The position numbers and the translations under genes were made by a program. From NCBI GenBank assembly GCA_002322865.1, contig DCOH01000010.1, positions 1 to 57,069 on the forward strand: 57,069 nucleotides of DNA, written 5' to 3'. Shown one piece after another: positions 40,750-49,100 of this stretch. The notes beneath the pieces are model-generated. The model saw only the letters and a list, made by a program, of their open reading frames with translations, was not told where the DNA came from and made no database searches. Within the stretch, counting starts at the first letter, position 1, and every line of letters begins with the position of its first letter. This DNA comes from Sphingobacterium sp. UBA1575. GTDB lineage: Bacteria > Bacteroidota > Bacteroidia > Sphingobacteriales > Sphingobacteriaceae.

Positions 40750-40769
40750 CAAATTGATGTTAAAACACA

Positions 40770-41156
40770 TTATTTCAACCGATTCTCGATGATACCCAAA
40801 TAATTATAATCATCAAATGAAAAAGCTCCGGACTTTTTCATGTTCAATTCGAATAAAAACTTTGATTTTTTCAAGAGATCCAGATCATCAGACATCAATC
40901 CATCATACATTAATAGCTGTGCAAGGGGTCTAATCTGCTCAATCTCCAAGGCAGCAACAAAATCCGATATAGTTTTTAGGTCATTTTCTACAAAAAAAGA
41001 CCTATCCTTATTAAAAAAATGTAAATATCCTTCATTGTTGAACTCCTCTGTCGACAAGAATTGCAATTGTTCATTCTTATCTACCAATAAGCGTAAAAAT
41101 TTACCCATCTCATTGATCCAATTCAGAATCGTATCCTTTTCATATCGTATTCCCAT
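40770..41156 (-). CDS. Hypothetical protein (N-terminus resembles DUF6483)
   Basis: 128 aa ORF 2 nt after the proA stop and before the terminator; EKDTILNWINEMGKFL. Confidence 0.65.
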   Translation of the reverse strand: MGIRYEKDTILNWINEMGKFLRLLVDKNEQLQFLSTEEFNNEGYLHFFNKDRSFFVENDLKTISDFVAALEIEQIRPLAQLLMYDGLMSDDLDLLKKSKFLFELNMKKSGAFSFDDYNYLGIIENRLK

Positions 41157-41158
41157 AA

Positions 41159-42430
41159 TTATCTAATTTGTCCCTCTCCATTAATTAACCATTTTTCACA
41201 TACTAGTTTTTCCAGTGCAAATGGTCCCCTGGCATGCAGTTTCTGCGTAGATATACCAATTTCAGCCCCCAATCCGAACACTCCCCCATCCGTAAATCTA
41301 GTGGAAGCGTTGGCATATACTGCTGATGCATCGACCATCTTCATAAATGTCGCAATATTTTTGGGATTTTGGGAGACAATGCATTCCGAATGCTTGGATG
41401 AATGGTGTGCAATATGGTCTAATGCCTCTTCAAGCCCATTCACTACTTTCATGGAACAGATCAGGTCAAGAAATTCTCTTCCAAAATCGGCTTCCATAGC
41501 TTTTCCTAGGTGTTGGTAGGCAAAGGATTGCCAAACCGGATAGGATATTTCATCTGCCAATACTTCGACCTTCGCACTTTCAAATTTTGGGGCCAACCGT
41601 TCCAGTAAGCCATTCAAGACGAGTGTATCCACTAAAATGGTATCTAAGGCATTACAAACAGAAGGTCTAGATATTTTAGCATTAGCAATGATATTGGCCG
41701 CCATGTCCAGGTCAGCAGTCTCATCCACATAGGTATGACATACACCTGCCCCAGTTTCAATCACAGGCACCTTAGCATGCTCCCTTACATAATTGATAAG
41801 ACTTTGCGACCCTCTTGGGATAATCAGATCGACATATGATCGGGCATGCAATAGTTCTTCTACGTATTCACGTTCCACGGGAAGCAATTGAACGAAATTA
41901 GGATCAAAGCTAGCATTTATCAGTACATCCTTAAGGATATTAACCAAACAGCAGTTACTATACCAAGCATCTGAACCACCCCGTAATAAACAGACATTCC
42001 CAGACCTCAAACAGAGGCTGGCCACATCAATGGTCACATTTGGCCTGGATTCATAAATCACCGCGATGACCCCAAGCGCAACTGTTTCTTTACGGACCAA
42101 CAATCCATTCGGAAGCTTCCTTTCCAAGAGTAGCTGATTTGTTGGATCCTCCAATTCGGACACTTCCAAAACGCTACTTGCCATCTGTTCTATTCGGGCC
42201 TCATCCAATAATAACCTGTCGCGCTTTGGATCTTTAACATCCAATTTTGCCAAGTCCTTCTGATTTTCCTGGATGATTCGCTGTTTGTTTATTAAAAGAC
42301 TTGAAGCAATTTTTTTCAAAACCTCCTGTCTATCCGTATTTGACAGGCTGGCCATGCTGAATTTAGCTTGCCTAGCCTGTTCCAGCTCCACTTGGATGCC
42401 TACTTTATCTTCTTTTTCTAAGTTTTTCAT
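41159..42430 (-). CDS. proA: Gamma-glutamyl phosphate reductase
   Basis: IYESRPNVT, IPRG, RPSVCNA, NASTRFTDG, EIGISTQKLHARGP; ATG 42430 avoids overlap with proB. Confidence 0.96.
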   Translation of the reverse strand: MKNLEKEDKVGIQVELEQARQAKFSMASLSNTDRQEVLKKIASSLLINKQRIIQENQKDLAKLDVKDPKRDRLLLDEARIEQMASSVLEVSELEDPTNQLLLERKLPNGLLVRKETVALGVIAVIYESRPNVTIDVASLCLRSGNVCLLRGGSDAWYSNCCLVNILKDVLINASFDPNFVQLLPVEREYVEELLHARSYVDLIIPRGSQSLINYVREHAKVPVIETGAGVCHTYVDETADLDMAANIIANAKISRPSVCNALDTILVDTLVLNGLLERLAPKFESAKVEVLADEISYPVWQSFAYQHLGKAMEADFGREFLDLICSMKVVNGLEEALDHIAHHSSKHSECIVSQNPKNIATFMKMVDASAVYANASTRFTDGGVFGLGAEIGISTQKLHARGPFALEKLVCEKWLINGEGQIR

Positions 42431-42461
42431 CTTTTCTCTTTTTTGACAGAAATTATGCTGC

Positions 42462-43511
42462 CTATAACAGGACAATATCGTCTGCATGAGCAATTTCCAG
42501 ATTCCTAAGTCCCACTCTTGATTTCAATCCATCCTCCTGCATCAGGCTAACAGAATCAATTCTGGATTTCCCCACCGCATGGACCACCTGCTGTTCATCC
42601 ATAATCTGAAAAACCTCCCCTACCACAAAATCCTGAACAACTTTCTTTATCCCAACAGCCAATAAACTTTTCCTTTTCAGGATCGCTTCAATAGCGCCAT
42701 CATCGACCTGGATCAAACCGGAGATCAAACTTCCACTTGCCAACCATTTTTTCTTGGAGGATAATTGTTTTTTCTGGGCTAAGCACACCGTACCGTTTTC
42801 ACCCCGAACGGCCTTCAGCAGCCCATTATCCGATTCCATTGAAAAAATAACCACTTCAATTCCCATCTGCGTAGCCATCCGGGAAAAGTTCAGTTTGGAT
42901 ACCATACCTCCCAAACCGACATCAGAAACTCCCTTGCTTGGCAAAGCCAGTATAGACTTGTCAATCTTATCGATCTGCGGGATAACCTCACCGCTTTCAT
43001 TTAGAACCCCTGGTACGGAAGTGCTGAAAAGCAGCTTTTCTGCCCCAAATCCTAATGCGATAAGGGTAGCCAGTTCATCATTGTCGGAGAATTTCAATTC
43101 CTTATTGCTCACCACATCGTTCTCATTGGCGATGGGGATGACATTATTTTTCCATAGGGTTTCGTAGGTGCTTTTCAATTGCAGGAATTGACTACGATTA
43201 GAAAAATGATGTCTTTCGCATAGACTCTGAGCCAAGGCTATTTTATAGGGCCGGAAAAAGGAGGCATAGGTCATGACCAATAAGGGGTTTCCAATGGCTG
43301 CTGCGGCTTTCCGCTGCGATAAAGTGCCGGTATATTTCGGGATAAATCGCTTGCCGGCAGCAACCGCACCCGATGAAACTAAAACAATATTATAGGTTGA
43401 TTGAAGTTGCGCACATTGTCGGGCAATCTCCAACACGATCCGATCATCCACCTCACCTTGATTGGTAATGGAAGCCGAACCAAATTTTATGACTAAAATT
43501 GGCTTTTTCAT
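42462..43511 (-). CDS. proB: Glutamate 5-kinase with PUA domain
   Basis: VIKFGS, VSSGAVAAG, NENDVV, DNDELA, GGMVSK. Confidence 0.95.
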   Translation of the reverse strand: MKKPILVIKFGSASITNQGEVDDRIVLEIARQCAQLQSTYNIVLVSSGAVAAGKRFIPKYTGTLSQRKAAAAIGNPLLVMTYASFFRPYKIALAQSLCERHHFSNRSQFLQLKSTYETLWKNNVIPIANENDVVSNKELKFSDNDELATLIALGFGAEKLLFSTSVPGVLNESGEVIPQIDKIDKSILALPSKGVSDVGLGGMVSKLNFSRMATQMGIEVVIFSMESDNGLLKAVRGENGTVCLAQKKQLSSKKKWLASGSLISGLIQVDDGAIEAILKRKSLLAVGIKKVVQDFVVGEVFQIMDEQQVVHAVGKSRIDSVSLMQEDGLKSRVGLRNLEIAHADDIVLL

Positions 43512-43548
43512 GAATAAAATTTAGGGTTGATTTTTAGAAAAGCATAGC

Positions 43549-43746
43549 TTAACCAGCAGATTGCTGCTTATAGGTTCTCCAGAGATTGATAAAAACAATA
43601 CAAGAGAGCAGCAGCGAGCTGGGGACAAGAAAATCAGAAAATGACAAACCCTCACCTCCTTTATACTGGGCGTATAATTGGAAGCCTGAAAGCAGCAGCA
43701 GAAACACGGCTAACCCTAAGCAAATCAGGATGAAGGATTTGTTCAT
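43549..43746 (-). CDS. Small 2-TM hypothetical protein
   Basis: 65 aa from ATG 43746 with two hydrophobic helices; fills the gap between the xth terminator and proB. Confidence 0.55.
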   Translation of the reverse strand: MNKSFILICLGLAVFLLLLSGFQLYAQYKGGEGLSFSDFLVPSSLLLSCIVFINLWRTYKQQSAG

Positions 43747-43780
43747 AAAAACTAATTTAACGAGAAAAATCCTTAAAAAC

Positions 43781-43805
43781 AAAAAACAGACCCTGAGGTC
43801 TGTTT
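43781..43805 (-). terminator. Terminator after xth
   Basis: AAAAAACAGACC-CTGA-GGTCTGTTT. Confidence 0.75.
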
Positions 43806-43840
43806 AAATATCTTTTGGATTCCGCTCTTCGGCAATCGGA

Positions 43841-44605
43841 TTAAGCCAATACCAATTCTACCGGACAATGGTCGGAATGAACCGCGGAAGGAAGGATCCT
43901 TGAAGAAACGATACTATCTTTTAATCCATTGGAGACCATATTGTAATCGATACGCCAGCCCAGGTTTTTACCTCTGGCTCCCGCACGATAAGACCACCAG
44001 GTATAATGATGCGGATCAGGATTTAGGTGCCTGAAAGAATCTATATATCCCGAATTGATAAAGTTCTCCATCCATTCCCTTTCGGCAGGAAGGAAGCCCG
44101 AACTATTGGCATTGGATTTTGGATTGTGAATATCGATGGCCCGGTGACAGATATTAAAATCGCCACAAACCACCAAGTTTGGTTTCTCTTTCAATAGCTC
44201 GTTCGAATACAGCTGAAAATCATCCAAGAATTTGTATTTAAAATCCTGTCTAACATCCCCAGTAGTCCCTGATGGGAAATAAACGCTCATTACTGATGCC
44301 TTATCAAAATCGGCACGGATCACTCTTCCCTCAAAATCATAATCTTCATGTCCACAGCCGTATTCAATATGCTTAGGTGTTATTTTGGTGAAAATGGCTG
44401 TTCCACTATAGCCCTTTTTCTGCGCCGGATACCAGTAATGTTCATAGCCCATTTCCTCCAGTAATACGATCTCTGGCACCTGATCAGGGCTTGCTTTGAT
44501 CTCCTGGATACAGATGACATCAGGATTCTCGAGTTTTAACCATTCCAACCAGCCTTTTTTAAGCGCTGCGCGGATACCGTTTACATTATAGGTTAATATC
44601 TTCAT
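43841..44605 (-). CDS. xth: Exodeoxyribonuclease III / AP endonuclease
   Basis: NVNGIRA, QEIK, GYSG, GDFN, GWRIDY, SDHCP. Confidence 0.95.
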   Translation of the reverse strand: MKILTYNVNGIRAALKKGWLEWLKLENPDVICIQEIKASPDQVPEIVLLEEMGYEHYWYPAQKKGYSGTAIFTKITPKHIEYGCGHEDYDFEGRVIRADFDKASVMSVYFPSGTTGDVRQDFKYKFLDDFQLYSNELLKEKPNLVVCGDFNICHRAIDIHNPKSNANSSGFLPAEREWMENFINSGYIDSFRHLNPDPHHYTWWSYRAGARGKNLGWRIDYNMVSNGLKDSIVSSRILPSAVHSDHCPVELVLA

Positions 44606-44606
44606 T

Positions 44607-45362
44607 TTACGGAAGTTTATAAGGTCCTTTGGAACCGAATATTTTTCTGAACAAGCCTTTTTTAGGTGGCAATCCCTGTAATTCGCGCTCTAGATCCTGC
44701 GCTTCTCTTTTGTTCAACACGCGCATCGCAAAACGAACATCATCCAGAGGACGATCATTACTATCGGTTTTTACGATAGCCACTTTGTCTACCATATCTA
44801 TTCCGCGCAATAATTCGCCGAAAACAGTATAGTTTCCATCCAGATGTGGCGTACCACCAATGGTGGAATAGGTCTGGCGTTGTAATGGCGTAAGTTTTAC
44901 CCCCTTTAATCTAAATTTTTCCAAGGAGTCTAAGGCTGCTTGTGAAAACACGCGTCCCTGAACCAGGTAAAACTGAGATGCTGCGGATTCTTTGGCTGGA
45001 TTGTTATCCCTCGCCGCTCCGATGGTTCCCTTTTTATGGATCAATTCTGGTTGGATTTCTGCAGGGATCTTATAATCTGGGCCACCTTCGCCTAATTTCT
45101 GTCTGCTGGCTGCATAACGGGAGTCCGGATCTCCACCTTGAATCATGAAGTTGTTGATTACGCGATGAAACATGAGGGAATCATAATACCCCTCCCTAAC
45201 CAATTTCACGAAATTGTCCCGATGTTTTCGGGTCTCATTATAGAGTTTTAAAAGCGCATCGCCTTTATTGGTCTTGATTTCCACATAATAAAATTGAGGC
45301 GTTTGTGCCTGCGCAAAGGAAATCCCTAAGAATAATGCGCAAAAAAACAGTAATCTCTTCAT
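44607..45362 (-). CDS. Exported cyclophilin-type PPIase
   Basis: Signal peptide; FHRVINNFMIQGGDP, SQFY, HLDGNYTVFG. Confidence 0.92.
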   Translation of the reverse strand: MKRLLFFCALFLGISFAQAQTPQFYYVEIKTNKGDALLKLYNETRKHRDNFVKLVREGYYDSLMFHRVINNFMIQGGDPDSRYAASRQKLGEGGPDYKIPAEIQPELIHKKGTIGAARDNNPAKESAASQFYLVQGRVFSQAALDSLEKFRLKGVKLTPLQRQTYSTIGGTPHLDGNYTVFGELLRGIDMVDKVAIVKTDSNDRPLDDVRFAMRVLNKREAQDLERELQGLPPKKGLFRKIFGSKGPYKLP

Positions 45363-45413
45363 ATATTTTTTGGATAATATTTTGCTTTTCTTTTGTTAAT
45401 ATCTTGTTCTTGT

Positions 45414-45761
45414 TTAGATAATGTTTTGTTCTTCAAAATAGTCGATGACCAAGGATTTGATGATCATTTCTTGTTCCATTAGGGTATAATTTGGAATGGG
45501 TTTTATCAATTTCCAATGCGGCCAACCTTGTTCATCTGAACCTTCCAGTTCATAAAAGCCCAAACTACTGAACAAACGGCAATTGGCGATATGCATCAAT
45601 TCCTCTTTTTCTCTTTTTGAAAAGGCCTGAGGTCCTTTTCCCAATTCCTGCACACCAATCAAGAACAACATGATCTTGATGTCGGGGGTATCCATTTCAA
45701 ATCGATCAGCAATGACTTGCTGAAGATGTTTCCATTTGGTATTTATTTCTGCTGCTTGCAT
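45414..45761 (-). CDS. Conserved hypothetical protein
   Basis: LFLIGVQELG...FSKREKEELMHIA...GWPHW; in an operon-like run. Confidence 0.8.
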   Translation of the reverse strand: MQAAEINTKWKHLQQVIADRFEMDTPDIKIMLFLIGVQELGKGPQAFSKREKEELMHIANCRLFSSLGFYELEGSDEQGWPHWKLIKPIPNYTLMEQEMIIKSLVIDYFEEQNII

Positions 45762-45834
45762 TTGAAATCTTTATATAAATGGTTTTTTGCTGATGAAAAT
45801 CGCTTTTTAGTCCTTTAGCTGATGATAATTCGAA

Positions 45835-46269
45835 TTATCGCCATTCAGCAACCAGCTGTTGGCAGCGTTTTTCGATCAGGTCAAAGACCGGCTTGAACAT
45901 GTTGGAATCATAATAGGGATCCGGAACGATGTCATTGTCCAAGAATAGAGTGACTTTATCTCTATGCTCCTGGTTTTCAGTCTGGGCAACAACATCTTTA
46001 TAGTTCTGTCTGTCCATCACTAAAATACGGTCATAGGCTTCGAATAGATCAGGGATGAAGAACTGCGCACGTTGCATGGAAATATCGATACCATGGTCTT
46101 TTGCAACTTGTACCGACCTTTTATCAGGGGCATGTCCAATATGCCAATCACCTGTACCAGCAGAATCAATCTCCCAATCTAAACCCGCCTCTTTTACCTT
46201 ATGTTCTAAAATCCCATGTGCCAATGGAGAACGACAAATATTGCCCAGGCACACCATTAAAATTCTCAT
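45835..46269 (-). CDS. Low-molecular-weight protein tyrosine phosphatase
   Basis: VCLGNICRS P-loop, DSAGT, DPYY. Confidence 0.95.
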   Translation of the reverse strand: MRILMVCLGNICRSPLAHGILEHKVKEAGLDWEIDSAGTGDWHIGHAPDKRSVQVAKDHGIDISMQRAQFFIPDLFEAYDRILVMDRQNYKDVVAQTENQEHRDKVTLFLDNDIVPDPYYDSNMFKPVFDLIEKRCQQLVAEWR

Positions 46270-46287
46270 GGTTTCAAAGATAGTAAA

Positions 46288-46364
46288 TTAGATTATAGAT
46301 GTGAGATTTGAGATGTTAGATTTGAGATGATAGATTTGAGACGATAGATGATAGATGTTAAATG
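46288..46364. repeat. Degenerate heptamer tandem array (about 11 x (T/A)(T/G)AGAT(T/G))
   Basis: ttagatt atagatg tgagatt tgagatg ttagatt tgagatg atagatt tgagacg atagatg atagatg ttaaatg. Confidence 0.85.
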
Positions 46365-46374
46365 TTATAAAAAA

Positions 46375-46448
46375 CCGTCATTGCGAGGAACGAAGCAATC
46401 TTTACACTAACCCAAAGATTGCTTCGTCGTACCTCCTCGCAATGACGG
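46375..46448. repeat. REP-like palindromic element, copy 1
   Basis: CCGTCATTGCGAGGAACGAAGCAATCTTT-loop-AAAGATTGCTTCGTCGTACCTCCTCGCAATGACGG. Confidence 0.88.
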
Positions 46449-46453
46449 AAAGG

Positions 46454-46484
46454 TCTAACGTCTATAATCTAACGTCTATAATCT
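46454..46484. repeat. Inverted heptamer array
   Basis: tctaacg tctataa tctaacg tctataa tct; reverse complement gives TTAGATT/ATAGACG units matching the left array. Confidence 0.75.
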
Positions 46485-46488
46485 TTTC

Positions 46489-48033
46489 CTAATATTTCAA
46501 CGGAACATTGAATTCTACAGAGCTTCCTCTTTCAGGAACTCCTTTTATCCTTACAATATTTCGTTGTGTAGCTCCTAACGCAGATTCCACATCATCCACA
46601 TTGTTTACAGATTTTCCATTAATATGTGTGATCACCAATCCTCTTTCTACACCGAAGTATTCGAAGATACCACCACTGTGTACTTGAGAAACAACCACCC
46701 CTGAATTAATACCCAAATCTTTTTTAACCTGCGCATTTGCAGGAACAAAGCTGGCTCCTAATTTATTAAAGATTTCTGTAGCTGATGCGCTCGAGCCTTC
46801 CTCTGCGGATTTTGCTTTGCTTGTATCCTCACCTTTTAAGGTAATCGTAACATCTTTTTCTTTACCATCACGCTTGTAGGTCAATTTAACCTTATCACCT
46901 GGACGTAATCTCGCCACATGCTCTTGCAAATCTGGAGAACCATAAATGGTTTTTCCTTCAACCTTGGTCAAGATATCACCAGATTTAATACCTGCAGCTT
47001 CTGCAGCTCCACCTTTTACGACATCACTTACGTAAAGTCCGTTCAGATCATCAATTCCGTATTGCTTTCTCACATCCGCATTCATCTCACTGAATGTTAC
47101 TCCAATATATCCACGCTTAACACTTCCGAATTCTTTGAAATCATCTACGATCTTCTTGGTAAGATTGATCGGGATAGCAAATCCATATCCTGCATAAGTA
47201 CCTGTTGGGGAAGCAATAGCTGAATTGATACCAATCAACTCACCGCGAGCATTAACCAATGCACCGCCACTATTTCCCTTATTGATTACCGCATCAGTCT
47301 GTAAGAAGGATTCTACAGCAGTATTGATAATCTGCTCTTGTTGTCCTTGTCCATATCGACGCTGCGGTTGCTGCGATTCTCCCAAAATACCGATCTGACG
47401 GCCTTTTGCTGAAATGATACCAGCTGTTACCGTTGATTGTAATCCAAGCGGATATCCTACTGCTAACACCCATTCACCGATCTGTACATTATCTGAATTA
47501 CCCAATTTAACCATAGGTAATCCCGAAGCATTAACTTTAAGTAAAGCCAAATCAAAATTAGGGTCACGGCCGATTACTTTGGCCTCATAGGACCTTTTAT
47601 CCGTTAATACCACTTCAATTTTATCTGCTTCTTCAACCACGTGGTTATTGGTCACGATGTACCCATCAGGAGAGATGATCACTCCAGAACCTGAGGCTGT
47701 CATCGGACGACCCTGACCACGTCTTTGCTGGGGAACTCCGAAGAATTCTTCGAACATATCGAATGGTGAACCACCGCCACCACCAGAGTTACGGCTCGAT
47801 ACCGTTACTTGAATATGCACTACACCAGGCGACACAGCAGCTGCTGCCTGGGTAAAATCTGGATTTCCAGTTGAGGACATGATTTCCTCCCCCGGATTAT
47901 TTGCGTAATATACTTTTTGACGCTCTTCGAACGTCATGCCGTCCATTTGTTTCTTTTCAAGAAGCTTGAAACCCCCTACAGCTACAGCTCCTCCAACAAT
48001 GGCCGCCAATAATGTTGCTCCTATCTTTTTCAT
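46489..48033 (-). CDS. degP: DegP/HtrA (Do-family) serine protease with two PDZ domains
   Basis: GSGVII, TNNHVV, DLALLK, QTDAVINKGNSGG, RGYIGV PDZ. Confidence 0.93.
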   Translation of the reverse strand: MKKIGATLLAAIVGGAVAVGGFKLLEKKQMDGMTFEERQKVYYANNPGEEIMSSTGNPDFTQAAAAVSPGVVHIQVTVSSRNSGGGGGSPFDMFEEFFGVPQQRRGQGRPMTASGSGVIISPDGYIVTNNHVVEEADKIEVVLTDKRSYEAKVIGRDPNFDLALLKVNASGLPMVKLGNSDNVQIGEWVLAVGYPLGLQSTVTAGIISAKGRQIGILGESQQPQRRYGQGQQEQIINTAVESFLQTDAVINKGNSGGALVNARGELIGINSAIASPTGTYAGYGFAIPINLTKKIVDDFKEFGSVKRGYIGVTFSEMNADVRKQYGIDDLNGLYVSDVVKGGAAEAAGIKSGDILTKVEGKTIYGSPDLQEHVARLRPGDKVKLTYKRDGKEKDVTITLKGEDTSKAKSAEEGSSASATEIFNKLGASFVPANAQVKKDLGINSGVVVSQVHSGGIFEYFGVERGLVITHINGKSVNNVDDVESALGATQRNIVRIKGVPERGSSVEFNVPLKY

Positions 48034-48232
48034 ATACTATTGTTGATTTATCTATTTTTGTTATAATTTCATTTTCCTTAATTCAAATGTAATACCATTA
48101 CAATTGTCTTAATTGGTTTTGTCAGTTAAAAAATGTTAATGGAAGCAATGTATGTCAACCATTTAACATGATTTAACAAAAACTGGGTTTATTGTAACAA
48201 GAATATTAAATTTACAGCACATTTTCAACCTT

Positions 48233-49024
48233 ATGGCACAACAAATTTCATTTTACAAATACCAAGGTGCTGGCAACGATTTCATCTTAATCGATAACAG
48301 AAACTTAATTTTCGACGCTAAAAACCAAGATTTGATCGAAAAACTTTGCGATCGACGATTTGGAATCGGCGGAGATGGCCTTATGCTACTTCAAAACACA
48401 AATAATTATGATTTCCAAATGCTTTACTTCAATGCAGATGGAAAAGAAGGGAGTATGTGTGGCAATGGAGGGCGTTGTTTGGTAGCGTTTGCCAGAGATC
48501 TGGGAGTTGTGGAATCCGAAACTGTCTTTTTGGCAGTAGATGGAAAACATGATGCCAGTATTGACGGTAATCAAGTGAATTTGGGAATGATTGATGTCCA
48601 TGAGCATCATAAGGACGGGGAAGCTTTTGTGATGAATACCGGTTCTCCACATTACGTGCAGTTCACGCAAAACCTAAAAAACAAGGATGTTTTTCATGAA
48701 GGATATGCTATCCGAAACAATGAAACCTACAAAACTGAGGGCATCAATGTTAATTTCATTGAAAAAGAAGAAGACGGTTATTTTGTCCGCACGTTTGAAC
48801 GTGGGGTAGAAGATGAAACCTACGCCTGTGGAACAGGAGCTGTTGCTTCAGCCATGGCCGTTGCTCTTCAATCTGGACAAGACGGCGATTTTACTATCCC
48901 TATCCGTGTTTTAGGAGGACAATTGTATATCTCCTTCCATAAAGAAGGCAATAGCTTCAGTCAAGTTTATTTATCTGGTCCCGCAGAACAAGTCTTTCAA
49001 GGAAAAATAGATATTTCACAATAA
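48233..49024 (+). CDS. dapF: Diaminopimelate epimerase
   Basis: GAGNDF, MCGNG, GSPH, ERGVEDETYACGTG. Confidence 0.96.
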   Translation: MAQQISFYKYQGAGNDFILIDNRNLIFDAKNQDLIEKLCDRRFGIGGDGLMLLQNTNNYDFQMLYFNADGKEGSMCGNGGRCLVAFARDLGVVESETVFLAVDGKHDASIDGNQVNLGMIDVHEHHKDGEAFVMNTGSPHYVQFTQNLKNKDVFHEGYAIRNNETYKTEGINVNFIEKEEDGYFVRTFERGVEDETYACGTGAVASAMAVALQSGQDGDFTIPIRVLGGQLYISFHKEGNSFSQVYLSGPAEQVFQGKIDISQ

Positions 49025-49100
49025 TTTAATCTGCTATATGGAGGCGAAAAAGCGCGAATAACTGTATATTAGTAGCTTTTTCGAGAAGGAACGATCCATC

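Noticed and set aside
42431..42493. N-terminal extension of proA overlapping proB
   Set aside because: ATG at 42430 gives a normal-length protein with an A-rich leader
46288..46484. CRISPR array
   Set aside because: 7-bp tandem units without unique spacers, and no cas genes
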